Part shown: positions 34,902 to 44,324 of the stretch, one piece after another
How positions within the stretch are numbered: position 1 is the first letter of the stretch
How the letters are laid out: every line of letters begins with the position of its first letter
NCBI GenBank assembly: GCA_029933005.1
Contig: JAOZOY010000006.1
Coordinates: 3,182-53,653, forward strand
Direction of reading: 5' to 3'
DNA: 50,472 nt
Source: Deltaproteobacteria bacterium
Lineage (GTDB): Bacteria > Desulfobacterota > Desulfobulbia > Desulfobulbales > SURF-16
Notes under the pieces: model-generated
Told to the model about the DNA's origin: nothing
Database searches by the model: none
Seen by the model: the letters and a program-made list of their open reading frames with translations, nothing else
Translations under genes and position numbers: made by a program

Positions 34902-35954
34902 TCACACACCACCCCAAAATTCAAGAAGGAGCATGAGCAGGCCCACGCAGGAAAAGGTCAGGATGGACAAAGTGACAATGACCTTTTTGGGGAAAACAGT
35001 CAGGTACATGAGAATCAGTTTGATATCAAGCATGGGTCCCAGCACCATGAAGGCCATTTGTGCCGACCCAGGCAGAACATTGCGAAAGCTTGCGGCGATA
35101 AAGGCGTCAGCTTCGCTGCAGAGATTCAAAATAATGGCCAGGGCCATCATCAGCAGAATGGCAAGCCAGGGGGTAGCGGCCAGATTCTGAAAGGTGCTGA
35201 TGCTGATCATGGACCGCAGCAAAGAAGCGATAAAGCAACCAATGACCAGATATCGGCCCACCTCGAAGAAATCATCCCGGCCATAACGCACCGCCAGTCT
35301 GATTTTTCCCGTGAATGTCACGGCCTGTTCCAAGGCATGGCCGCAGGAGCAGCATCCTGCACCTTGTTCTGTCCGGGTCAGGAGAAGGCCGGTTTGCCGG
35401 TCAAAAAAACATCCCATGACAAATGCCACCGTTACAGCAACAATGTAGCCACAGACCAGTCGCATCATCACCATATTCCAGTCATACTGGTAGGCCACTG
35501 CCGTGGAACCAGCGACAAAGGTATTCACGATAGGACCACCGAGAAGATAGGCAATGGCGGCGGAAAAGGGCACTCCCTTGCCGAGCAGTCTGCGAATAAC
35601 CGGCACAATAACACATTCACAGACCGGGAAAATGATGCCCATGCCCGCGCCGATCAGGACGGCCGGTTTGCCCCGGCCTTTAAACAGCCGGTCAAACCAT
35701 TTTCGGGGAATAAAGACCTCAATGAAGCCGCCGGCCATGGCGCCGAGCAACATAAAGGGCATGGCCTCCAGCAAAAGAGCGACAAAGTTGATGGACAGGG
35801 TCGTAATTCTTTCCTGCCGGCTGTCCAGGCTGCCGGCAACAAGAATTCCCACGGCTGCCAGCAAGAAAAGAGATTCAATGATAAGAGGAATCATGCCGGG
35901 CTGTTGTTGCGAACAGCAGTTTTCTTCCTGATGGCTCGGAATTTTCATAATCAT
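34902..35954 (-). CDS. DUF318/ArsP (YcgR-like) permease
   Basis: LEAMPF, PVCEC, Cys/His loop CCSCGH, LCSEADAF and GPMLDIK motifs. Confidence 0.88.
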   Translation of the reverse strand: MIMKIPSHQEENCCSQQQPGMIPLIIESLFLLAAVGILVAGSLDSRQERITTLSINFVALLLEAMPFMLLGAMAGGFIEVFIPRKWFDRLFKGRGKPAVLIGAGMGIIFPVCECVIVPVIRRLLGKGVPFSAAIAYLLGGPIVNTFVAGSTAVAYQYDWNMVMMRLVCGYIVAVTVAFVMGCFFDRQTGLLLTRTEQGAGCCSCGHALEQAVTFTGKIRLAVRYGRDDFFEVGRYLVIGCFIASLLRSMISISTFQNLAATPWLAILLMMALAIILNLCSEADAFIAASFRNVLPGSAQMAFMVLGPMLDIKLILMYLTVFPKKVIVTLSILTFSCVGLLMLLLEFWGGV

Positions 35955-36203
35955 GATTTTCCGGCTCGCTCAAAGAAAAGGGTCAATTTTTTATTCAATT
36001 TACACATTGACCTGTTCAGGGATGAAATCAGTGTCAAGGGCAAAGGAAACCTCATTTAATCCGATCACAGGTATTTTCATGTGAAGAAGATATGAATTTG
36101 TTACTCATTACATAATGAAAAATTGATTAAATTATCTTTTATTTGTACAAAGACAATGACTAAAAATCAATAAACATACATTTTTTTTAATATGGAGACC
36201 AAG

Positions 36204-37256
36204 GTGAGTCAAATAAGCAAAGTAAAATTGACCAGTAGTGTCAAAGCTGCCGGTTGAGCCGCAAAAATCAGTCCGGGGGACCTGGACAATATCCTTTGCG
36301 GCCTTAAAATAGCAACAGACCCTAATCTTATTGTCGGCACCGGTGCTGCCGACGACGCCGGCGTCTACCGTTTAAACGATGAAATTGCCCTGATCCAGAC
36401 AGTTGATTTTTTTACTCCCATTGTCGATGATCCCTATCGTTTTGGCCAGATCACTGCTGCCAATGCTTTAAGTGATGTGTATGCCATGGGCGGCAGACCC
36501 CTCCTTGCCATGAATATTGTCGGCTTCCCCATCAAGGAAATGGATAATTCTATTCTTAAACAGATTCTGGCAGGCGGCATTAACAAGATCGAAGAGGCAG
36601 GTGCTTTACTGGTGGGCGGGCATAGTATCGAGGATCCAGAGGTGAAATACGGACTTGCGGTCACTGGTATTGTTCATCCTGACCGGGTCATGCTGAACTC
36701 CGGCGCCAGGACAGGGGACAAACTCCTTCTCACTAAGCCGGTGGGCACCGGTATCCTTTCAACTGCGATTAAAGGGGGGCTGGTCGGTGAAGATGTTGAA
36801 AAGATGATCACCCTGTGTATGGTCACCTTGAATCGGACGAGCTGTGAAGCCATGACCGCAGTGGGCGGGCATGGCTGTACTGATATCACGGGCTTCGGCC
36901 TTATCGGTCACCTCTATGAAATGGCCTGCGCCTCTTCGGTATCCATTCGTCTTTTTTCCGCTGATGTTCCTCTCCTACCCGGTGTCCTTGATTTTGCCGC
37001 CATTGGCATTATTCCGGAAGGAGCCCATAAAAACAGGCAGTTTTACGCAAAATTCGTGAAAAATTCCCTGGCTGAAATGGCTCCCCTGGAGATGGCGCTT
37101 TATGATCCCCAGACCTCCGGCGGGCTGCTAATTTCGGCAAGCGCGAAAAACGTTGACGAGATTGCGGCCAGATTGAATCAGGGAGATTATCCCTTGGACT
37201 GCGCCGTTATTGGCGAGGTGATTGAGGAGAGGGAAGACAAAATTTTTATTGAATGA
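36204..37256 (+). CDS. selD: Selenide, water dikinase SelD (selenoprotein; UGA at 36255-36257)
   Basis: GGAGA RBS and GTG start; KLTSSVKAAG-U-AAK, DDAGV, QTVDFFTP, SDVYAMGG, GGHS, TDITGFG and DPQTSGGLL motifs. Confidence 0.96.
36271..36287 (+). promoter_or_regulatory. SECIS element of selD
   Basis: GUCCGGG-GGA-CCUGGAC hairpin with loop 21 nt after the UGA. Confidence 0.75.
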
Positions 37257-37262
37257 ATGATA

Positions 37263-37420
37263 GTAACTGTTCAGGTCGATAGGCTATAGGCATTTAAACT
37301 GTAGGACAGAAAGTGTGTTACACCGCAGAGCTGTATAACGAAAAACACTCTAATAAGCTGAGTATAGACCGAATTTGAAACCTAATAGCCTCTAGCCTGC
37401 AACCTAACCTGAATAATTAT
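37263..37420. repeat. GTAA-family element with internal 7-mer TAGGCTA/TAGCCT arms
   Basis: Termini gtaactgttcaggt / acctgaataattat; internal taggctataggc versus cctaatagcctctagcctgcaacct. Confidence 0.7.
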
Positions 37421-37426
37421 ACATGA

Positions 37427-38113
37427 TCAAACAATAAGCTCTTTAAAAAAGATTATAGAGGGAAATTTTTTTGAATGGATCACGGGCATGGTGCTGCTCG
37501 ATTTGGCCACAAAGATAAGCTGGTCCCTGAAAAAACCAAATTTTTGCGCCGCGTCAAGAACTTTTTCATTGTCCTCTGCCAGAATTGTTCTGTCCTTGCT
37601 GAAGTTGATCATCTCTTCCAGCTTCTCCCAGAACTCAGGATCTTCCTTGGCCATGCCCACCTCCTCCGAACAAATAATGCGCTCAAAATAATTGGCGATG
37701 CCTGTTTTCTCCATTTTGATTGCCAGTGTCTTGCTGTGGGCGTTGGTGACTAGATAGATTTTTTTGTCATTTTTTTGACAATATTTAAGAAAATCAATTA
37801 CATACGGATGAACTTTGATCAGGTAATTCATCTTTTTTTTCAAAGAAACAATGTCCAGTCCCAATTCTTTGGACCAGAAATCAAGATCGGTCCAGTCCAG
37901 GCTTCCTTCTTTTTTTCTGTAGCGGGCCAGGAGCTTTTCCTCGGCGTCAAAAATAGATATTTTATTCTTTTCGGCAAACACCACGGGCACATACTCTTCC
38001 CAGAAATAATCATCAAAATGTTTGTCAAGCAGGGTGCCGTCCATGTCAAGCAGGATGGTATCAATCACCTGCCAGTCAATCTTTGCCTCAAATTTTGGTT
38101 TTCCTAAAATCAT
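37427..38113 (-). CDS. HAD hydrolase, YrfG (GMP/IMP nucleotidase)-like
   Basis: LLDMDGTLLDKHFDDYFW, VTNAH and KEDPEFW motifs. Confidence 0.85.
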   Translation of the reverse strand: MILGKPKFEAKIDWQVIDTILLDMDGTLLDKHFDDYFWEEYVPVVFAEKNKISIFDAEEKLLARYRKKEGSLDWTDLDFWSKELGLDIVSLKKKMNYLIKVHPYVIDFLKYCQKNDKKIYLVTNAHSKTLAIKMEKTGIANYFERIICSEEVGMAKEDPEFWEKLEEMINFSKDRTILAEDNEKVLDAAQKFGFFRDQLIFVAKSSSTMPVIHSKKFPSIIFFKELIV

Positions 38114-38131
38114 TTTTTCTCTATTTAGTTA

Positions 38132-38225
38132 GTGATGGTTTCGTAAAACGTCCCCTTCTCCGTCATACCCGCGCTGGTGGGAATGACGGGAAATTGGCAA
38201 AATGTGTTTTTTATGAAGCCATCAT
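38132..38225. repeat. GATGGYTTCGTAAAA-type palindromic element with nested GTCAT...ATGAC hairpin
   Basis: tgatggtttcgtaaaa / ttttatgaagccatca arms enclosing cgtcatacccgcgctggtgggaatgacg. Confidence 0.7.
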
Positions 38226-38272
38226 TTAGTTATTGGTTTTTCGAAGATATTTTTAATTCCCGACCATTTTTT

Positions 38273-38992
38273 CTACATTCCAACCAGTACGCCTATTGTG
38301 TTTTTGTAAACCTCTGTTCTGCTGATCTGGTTCAGCAGCTGTGAAATTTTCTCTTCGTCTTCCGGCGGTACAATAACATTTGATGCCGGCTCAGCAGTGA
38401 GCAGGCGGAATCTCGCCCGGTCTACCTTGTTCGCACCCTCCCCCTGCCATTCCCGGCCGATATAGCGACTCTGGGAACTAAGCTCAAGCAAAATGTCCAT
38501 CATATTGCCCCAGTACTCCCCCTGCCCCACATGCTCGACAACCTGCATCATGACCGTATTCAGGCTAATAAGCCAGGATGGCTGTTCCGCCGAGTGATTA
38601 AGATCGCATTGTACTGTGGAGCCAAAACATCTGCATGCAAACGGTCGAACCGCATAGATTGTGCAGCAGTTATTATCAAGAAAACAACAGGGATTCAAGT
38701 CCCAGCTCTCTTCCTTCACCTCTTTCTTTTCATGATAAAGTGCGGCAAGCCTATTAGGTGTATGAGCAGGGATATATTTGCTTTCGCTGCGTTTGAGAAT
38801 TTCATGCAGTTCTTCTATGCGATTCTGTTCTTTTAGAAACTCAATAATCATTTGCCCCTCGGTGGCCGTCATGGTTACACTTTGAGTGCAGCATGTTGAG
38901 CAGCCTTTTTTGCAGGCAAACGTTAAATTTGCTACTTCCTGTTCATAAATTTCAAACAGAGTTGTTATGATTTTTTCGCGCAGATTACTCAT
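38273..38992 (-). CDS. YkgJ family cysteine cluster protein
   Basis: CKKGCSTCC and CCFL...CTIYAVRPFACR motifs. Confidence 0.85.
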   Translation of the reverse strand: MSNLREKIITTLFEIYEQEVANLTFACKKGCSTCCTQSVTMTATEGQMIIEFLKEQNRIEELHEILKRSESKYIPAHTPNRLAALYHEKKEVKEESWDLNPCCFLDNNCCTIYAVRPFACRCFGSTVQCDLNHSAEQPSWLISLNTVMMQVVEHVGQGEYWGNMMDILLELSSQSRYIGREWQGEGANKVDRARFRLLTAEPASNVIVPPEDEEKISQLLNQISRTEVYKNTIGVLVGM

Positions 38993-39005
38993 ATCGTTCT
39001 ATGAT

Positions 39006-39254
39006 TTAAAAAATTTTTCGTTGTACCTTGTCCAGTATCTTTGACGGTACAAGGCGGATTGCCAAGGCGATCAGAAAGGTCCCGATGGTCAAATCGTCCA
39101 TCAGACCAAGAAAAGGAATTTGATCCGGTATTATATCAAGGGGATAGATAAGATAGACAAGGCCAAGACCAAGTAGAAGCTTAACATACCACGGTGTTTC
39201 CCTGTCAAAGAGAATATGAAAATAGAAGCGTATTTTTTTTAAAAATTGATCCAT
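39006..39254 (-). CDS. DUF1232/YkvA family membrane protein
   Basis: TPWYVK and YLIYPLDIIPDQIPFLGLMDD motifs. Confidence 0.88.
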   Translation of the reverse strand: MDQFLKKIRFYFHILFDRETPWYVKLLLGLGLVYLIYPLDIIPDQIPFLGLMDDLTIGTFLIALAIRLVPSKILDKVQRKIF

Positions 39255-39270
39255 GAACAATGGCTGGTAG

Positions 39271-40203
39271 TTAGTCCTCGGGTAAAATGACCGAGCCCAC
39301 CAGTTCACTGACTGATTTGATGTCATTGTCTCTCAGATAATCATGGATCCCTGTAACGATTTCTCCGGTCACGGCAGGATTGATGAAGTTTGCCGTACCG
39401 ACCTGTATGGCAGAAGCGCCAGCCAGGAGAAATTCTATGGCGTCCCGGGTTGAGCTGATGCCACCTATGCCGATTACCGGCACATTCACCGCATTCGCCG
39501 TCTGCCAGACCATACGCAGGGCCACCGGTTTAATTGCCGGCCCTGAAAGGCCGCCGACCACATTGGCCAGTTTCGGCTTTTTCGTCTTTACATCAATTGC
39601 CAGGCCCAGCAGGGTGTTGATCAATGAAATTGCATCAGCGCCGCCTTCTTCGGCTGCCCTGGCCATCAGGGTAATATCCGTCACGTTGGGAGAGAGTTTG
39701 ATAATCAGAGGGAGATCAGTTTTTTTTCGAATCGCGCCAGTGATCTGATAGACTATTTTGGCATCCGTGCCGAATGCCACGCCTCCCTTTTTTACATTGG
39801 GGCAGGAGATATTGACCTCGATGGCCGAAACACCGTTTACGTCACTGAGCTGTTCGCAGAGGTGGCAGTAATCTTCAATGGTGTTGCCGAGGATATTGAC
39901 GATGACGCTGGTGTGGTAGCGCCTGAGAGCAACCATTTTTTCCTTGATAAATCTCTTCAGCCCGACATTTTCCAACCCAATGGCATTGAGCATGCCACAG
40001 GATGTCTCCACAATACGCGGAGGAGGGTTGCCGGGCCGGGGTTCCAGAGAAATACCCTTGACAATGATGGCGCCAAGAGTTTGAAGATCGACAAAATTTT
40101 CATATTCCCGGCCATAGCCAAAGGTGCCTGAAGCGGTCATGACCGGATTTTGCAGGTGCAGATTGCCAATTTCAACTTCAAGTTTAGGTTTCATTACAGA
40201 CAT
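39271..40203 (-). CDS. pyrD: Dihydroorotate dehydrogenase class 1B, catalytic subunit
   Basis: TASGTFG, NAIGLEN, NISCPN, KLSPN, INT and GGLSGPAIKP motifs. Confidence 0.96.
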   Translation of the reverse strand: MSVMKPKLEVEIGNLHLQNPVMTASGTFGYGREYENFVDLQTLGAIIVKGISLEPRPGNPPPRIVETSCGMLNAIGLENVGLKRFIKEKMVALRRYHTSVIVNILGNTIEDYCHLCEQLSDVNGVSAIEVNISCPNVKKGGVAFGTDAKIVYQITGAIRKKTDLPLIIKLSPNVTDITLMARAAEEGGADAISLINTLLGLAIDVKTKKPKLANVVGGLSGPAIKPVALRMVWQTANAVNVPVIGIGGISSTRDAIEFLLAGASAIQVGTANFINPAVTGEIVTGIHDYLRDNDIKSVSELVGSVILPED

Positions 40204-40964
40204 ACATCACCCGCTTTAAAAACAGGACCATCTTTGCAGACATGCTTATATTCATGTTTTACCTTTCCCCGCACCGCACAGCCAAGGCAGGCTCCCATAC
40301 CACAGGCCATGGTGGTTTCAAGGGAAACCTGGCAATCCCAGTTTTTTTCTTCGCATCTCTTTGCTACGGCCCGCATCATTGGTGCGGGTCCACAGGTCAT
40401 CACCGTCCAGTCTCCTTCCATATCCATCAGTTCCGTGACCAAGCCATGGTGTCCGGCCGACCCGTCATCGGTCGCTGTGCGAACTTTTAAGCCCCGCTTG
40501 CGAAAATCGTCCACAACAGGAAATTCCGCTGAGGTTCTGGCGCCAATCAAAATCAGAATCTCCTCCTCCTTTCGTCCCTTCCGAATCGCTTGTTGAGCAA
40601 CAAAGAGAAGAGGCGCAATTCCCAATCCTCCCCCGACTATTGCCACATTTCCTTCCTCAGGGATGGTAAATCCATTACCCAGCGGCCCAACCAGATCTAT
40701 TTCCATCTGCTGCTTCGCTAGATTTTTTGTGCCCCTCCCCACAACCTTGTAGAGGATGAAAACTCTTTTGCCATCAACGCGGTGAATGGAAAACGGTCTT
40801 CGCAGGATCGGGTCGTCAGAAGCCTCGGTAGCTGTTTTAATCATGACAAACTGGCCTGCCTTGGCGGCTTCAGCAACTTCTTCCGCCTCAAAGGTCAAAC
40901 GAAAAACATTCGGTCCCACCTCAACATTTTCGAGGATCTTCGCCTTGGTCAGAAACTGATTCAT
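40194..40964 (-). CDS. pyrK: Dihydroorotate dehydrogenase electron transfer subunit
   Basis: GQFVM, RRPFS, GPLGNGF, GGGLG, CGP, MACGMGACLGC and CKDGPVF motifs. Confidence 0.95.
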   Translation of the reverse strand: MNQFLTKAKILENVEVGPNVFRLTFEAEEVAEAAKAGQFVMIKTATEASDDPILRRPFSIHRVDGKRVFILYKVVGRGTKNLAKQQMEIDLVGPLGNGFTIPEEGNVAIVGGGLGIAPLLFVAQQAIRKGRKEEEILILIGARTSAEFPVVDDFRKRGLKVRTATDDGSAGHHGLVTELMDMEGDWTVMTCGPAPMMRAVAKRCEEKNWDCQVSLETTMACGMGACLGCAVRGKVKHEYKHVCKDGPVFKAGDVCL

Positions 40965-41863
40965 TATTTTTCTCGGCTTCTGACTATCATTTTATGAAGT
41001 CGCTCAAGATCATCAAGAGAGTAATACTCGATTTCAATTCTTCCTTTATCGCCATTTTGGACAATGCGGCTTTTCGTGCCCAGACAGGAAACGAAATCTT
41101 TTGTCAATGTTCGGCAATAGGAGGACGGGATGGGGGTTCGAATTGGCGCCGTCCTGCGCGGGACATTTTGCCTTTTTTTCTTTTTAACAAGCTGTTCGCT
41201 CTGACGGACGGAAAGGGACTGTGTAACTATGATATTGCGTACATCCTTCATGGCCTGCTCATCACCCAATCTTAACAACACCCGCCCATGCCCCATACTT
41301 AAAATTCCATTCATAATATCTTCTCTGGCAAATTCGGGCAGTTGCAGCAGTCGCATTGAATTTGCAACGGTAGAACGTTCCTTGCCGACTTTTCGAGCGA
41401 TCTCCTCCTGGGTCAGGGAGAACTCACGGCCAAGACGCTGATAGGCTGTTGCTTCCTCTATGGGATTGAGGTTCTGCCTCTGAACGTTTTCGATCAAAGC
41501 CAGTTCCAACCGATCCTCCTTTTCGGCCTCCCTGATGATAACAGGAACATTGTCAAGCCCGGCTATCCTTGACGCCCGCAACCGTCTTTCACCGGCAATG
41601 AGCTGATAGCCGCCCGCTTTTTTTCTTCGCACAACAAGAGGTTGGAGTACGCCTTTGGCGCGAATTGATTCAGCAAGCTCCTTGAGTCCTGATTCATCTA
41701 TTTCCCGGCGTGGCTGATAAGGGTTTGGCTCAATATGTACCACCGGGCAAAAAAAATAATTTTCCTGCACTATTTCGGACTGCGTTTCTTTATCAACATC
41801 CTGCATAGAATCCGGCAGCAACGCTCCCAGTCCTTTACCCAGTGGGCTCCCACTCATTGCCAT
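40964..41863 (-). CDS. parB: Chromosome partitioning protein ParB (CTPase)
   Basis: LGKGLGALL, NPYQPR, IAGERRLRA and ENVQRQNLN motifs plus HTH. Confidence 0.96.
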   Translation of the reverse strand: MAMSGSPLGKGLGALLPDSMQDVDKETQSEIVQENYFFCPVVHIEPNPYQPRREIDESGLKELAESIRAKGVLQPLVVRRKKAGGYQLIAGERRLRASRIAGLDNVPVIIREAEKEDRLELALIENVQRQNLNPIEEATAYQRLGREFSLTQEEIARKVGKERSTVANSMRLLQLPEFAREDIMNGILSMGHGRVLLRLGDEQAMKDVRNIIVTQSLSVRQSEQLVKKKKRQNVPRRTAPIRTPIPSSYCRTLTKDFVSCLGTKSRIVQNGDKGRIEIEYYSLDDLERLHKMIVRSREK

Positions 41864-41865
41864 AA

Positions 41866-42645
41866 CTATTCCTTAACCTGTTTTTTAATAAATTCTCTAC
41901 CAAGATTCATATAACTGATAGCCCCGGAAGACCGTTTATCGTAATCGATAACCGACATCCCGTGGCTTGGACATTCACTCAGCCGAACATTACGGGGAAT
42001 AACAGTGCCGTAAACCTTTTCTTTGAAATGCTGTTTGACCTCTTTGGCAACCTGATACGTCAGCCTGTTTCTCCGATCGTACATTGTTAAGACCAGCCCC
42101 TCGATGTACAGACTGTTGTTATACGAATTTTTTACCAACCGAATTGTCCGGATCAGTTGACTCAATCCTTCCAGGGCAAAATATTCGCATTGCAATGGGA
42201 TAATCACAGAGTCAGCCGCAGTCAGGGCATTCAGGGTCAGTAAACCAAGGGATGGTGGGCAGTCAATGATAATGTAGTCATACGAATCAAGAAAGGGCTC
42301 CAGCATCATACTAAGATATTTTTCTCGCCGCTCCGCCATCATCAATTCAACCTCAACACCAATCAGATCAATGTGAGTCGGCAGGATATCAAGTGTATCA
42401 TAGCCGGCCACGCTACGAATGGATTTTGCCACCTGCTCTCTGTCCATATAACAATGATACAAATGTTTTCCCATATTGGGAGAGGAGCTGACACCAAGAC
42501 CGCTGGAAGCGTTGCCCTGGGGATCAGAGTCAACCACCAAAACCCGCTTGCCCAGCCTGGCCAAGCCAGCGGATAAATTTATTGTTGTTGTTGTCTTGCC
42601 AACACCACCCTTCTGATTAGCAAGCGCTACGATCTTTCCCTTCAC
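41866..42645 (-). CDS. parA: Chromosome partitioning ATPase ParA/Soj
   Basis: NQKGGVGKTTT, DPQGN, DCPPSLG, QCEYFALEG and PRNVRLSE motifs. Confidence 0.97.
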   Translation of the reverse strand: MKGKIVALANQKGGVGKTTTTINLSAGLARLGKRVLVVDSDPQGNASSGLGVSSSPNMGKHLYHCYMDREQVAKSIRSVAGYDTLDILPTHIDLIGVEVELMMAERREKYLSMMLEPFLDSYDYIIIDCPPSLGLLTLNALTAADSVIIPLQCEYFALEGLSQLIRTIRLVKNSYNNSLYIEGLVLTMYDRRNRLTYQVAKEVKQHFKEKVYGTVIPRNVRLSECPSHGMSVIDYDKRSSGAISYMNLGREFIKKQVKE

Positions 42646-42690
42646 GATAGTTTTTTATTTTTTTTATTAGTGGATCTTTTTTTATGAGAC

Positions 42691-42801
42691 GTAACTATTC
42701 AACAGCCCATGGAGTTTACGCTACCTTTTTCGCCTAGTTCGGACTCTCGCATGCTCGCTTTATCTGGTCTTCTCGAATGGAGATCTACTTGAGCCGTTTA
42801 C
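42691..42801. repeat. GTAA...TTAC element carrying the shared cassette
   Basis: Termini gtaactattcaa / ttgagccgtttac; tggagtttacgctacct at 42710. Confidence 0.6.
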
Positions 42802-43148
42802 TTAGACGATTTTTTATCCTGATATCTTTTACAACGGCGCGGCCTCTTTTGGCAACCGCAAAATATATTTTCGGCAAGATATGGCGATTTACAAATTTAT
42901 ATTGATCTTATTTTCCCTTGGGAAAGATACGGTGCTATTTAAAAGTAACAATCGTTATGGATTCTCGCTAACAATATGCGGGAATGAAGGTTTTATCTAC
43001 TTATTCGTTATCCCAGTATGTCATTATCGGCGATTCATGTGATTATTTAAAATAAATGCCTGGGTCCCGGGTGCTGTGCTGAATAGTTACAAAAAACACG
43101 AGAATTACACGAGTGGTCAATTCTAATTTATCATACTGCCACAGCAGA

Positions 43149-43164
43149 TGTTTCACGTGAAACA
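43149..43164. promoter_or_regulatory. parS: parS centromere-like site
   Basis: Perfect consensus palindrome TGTTTCACGTGAAACA about 500 bp upstream of parA. Confidence 0.93.
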
Positions 43165-43185
43165 AAATCAATTAAAAACGTATTT

Positions 43186-44322
43186 TCAAGAGGTTAGCAA
43201 AGAGATTATCAATTCTGAGGTGCGCGCCATGTCGTCTAAACGAATGGTTTCATGGGTCGTATGAACATCAGTCATGCCAATACCTAAAATGGCTGTCTCA
43301 AGTCCATAGCTATTGAGAATGTTTGCATCGCTGCCACCACCGGCACGGATAAAAGGAATATGGCGGGCCAGAGAAGAGGAGGCGCAGCTGACCCGGCGCA
43401 TAACGGACGAATCGGGATGAAGATTCAACAAGGGATATTGGTCAGGAGTGTGAAATGACAGGGTTGGAGATTGCTTGATCCCTTCGGGAACAGGCCATTG
43501 CTCGACGACCTGAGAAAAGGTTCGCTCGATTTCCTCAAGGTGTTTTTGCAGCTTGCTCTCTGAATGACTGCGCACCTCGCCTCGCAGCTCAACATGATCA
43601 GGAATAATATTGGTGGCTGTGCCACCGGAGATCATGCCAATATTGGCGGTGCTTTCATCATCAAGAAGGCCAAGTTTCAGTTTGCCCACAGCCTGAGCGG
43701 CAATCTGAATGGCGCTGATGCCTTGTTCCGGGTGCAGGCCGGCATGAGCCGCGAGCCCGGAGATTTTGGCAACTACAAATTTAGCTGCCGGTGCGCCGGT
43801 GATTGCCACATCAATTCCGGTTGAGTCCAGAGCATAACCTATTTTAGCAGAGAGCATATCAGCGTCAAAGGCCTTGGCGCCCAAAAGCCCGATCTCTTCA
43901 CAGGTGGTGAAAAGAAATTCAACCGGTCCAAAAGGAACTTCGTTGTCCAACAGAGCCTGCATTGCCTCAATGAGAATGGCAAGGCCACCCTTATCGTCGC
44001 CGCCGAGAACTGTTTCACCTCGGCTTGAAAACAGACCGTCTTTAAAGCGAACCTTCACTCCATCACAAGGCGAGATTACATCCATATGACAGTTAAAAAA
44101 AATCGGCTCCAAAGGAAGTCCCCTGCCCTTGAAGCGGATGATCAGGTTGCCGCAGTCAGATCCTGTCAATGCGGCGGATTCATCTTCGATAATCCAGTCA
44201 GCGCCCATGCGCTTGAAAAGTTTTTTGAGATGATTGGCAAGCCTGCCTTCTTTTCTGGCCGGACTGTCAATTTCACAGAGAGAAATAAAGGTTGAGGCAA
44301 GCCTGTCTGGATTAATCAGCAT
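43186..44322 (-). CDS. M20 family metallopeptidase (peptidase T-like, YqjE type)
   Basis: CHMD, LGGDDK, CEEIG, AHAG, ATNII, GGSDAN and HTTHE motifs. Confidence 0.9.
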   Translation of the reverse strand: MLINPDRLASTFISLCEIDSPARKEGRLANHLKKLFKRMGADWIIEDESAALTGSDCGNLIIRFKGRGLPLEPIFFNCHMDVISPCDGVKVRFKDGLFSSRGETVLGGDDKGGLAILIEAMQALLDNEVPFGPVEFLFTTCEEIGLLGAKAFDADMLSAKIGYALDSTGIDVAITGAPAAKFVVAKISGLAAHAGLHPEQGISAIQIAAQAVGKLKLGLLDDESTANIGMISGGTATNIIPDHVELRGEVRSHSESKLQKHLEEIERTFSQVVEQWPVPEGIKQSPTLSFHTPDQYPLLNLHPDSSVMRRVSCASSSLARHIPFIRAGGGSDANILNSYGLETAILGIGMTDVHTTHETIRLDDMARTSELIISLLTS

Positions 44323-44324
44323 GT

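Noticed and set aside
35058-36059. 333-aa plus-strand ORF
   Set aside because: Antisense shadow of the well-supported permease gene.
36204-36476. selD and the 33418 gene read as nonsense-disrupted pseudogenes
   Set aside because: Each TGA falls at a conserved Cys/Sec position and has a downstream SECIS-like hairpin; the flanking frames are intact.
40314-40329. parS-like GGTTTCAAGGGAAACC inside pyrK
   Set aside because: Central mismatches; explained by the conserved VSLET coding motif.
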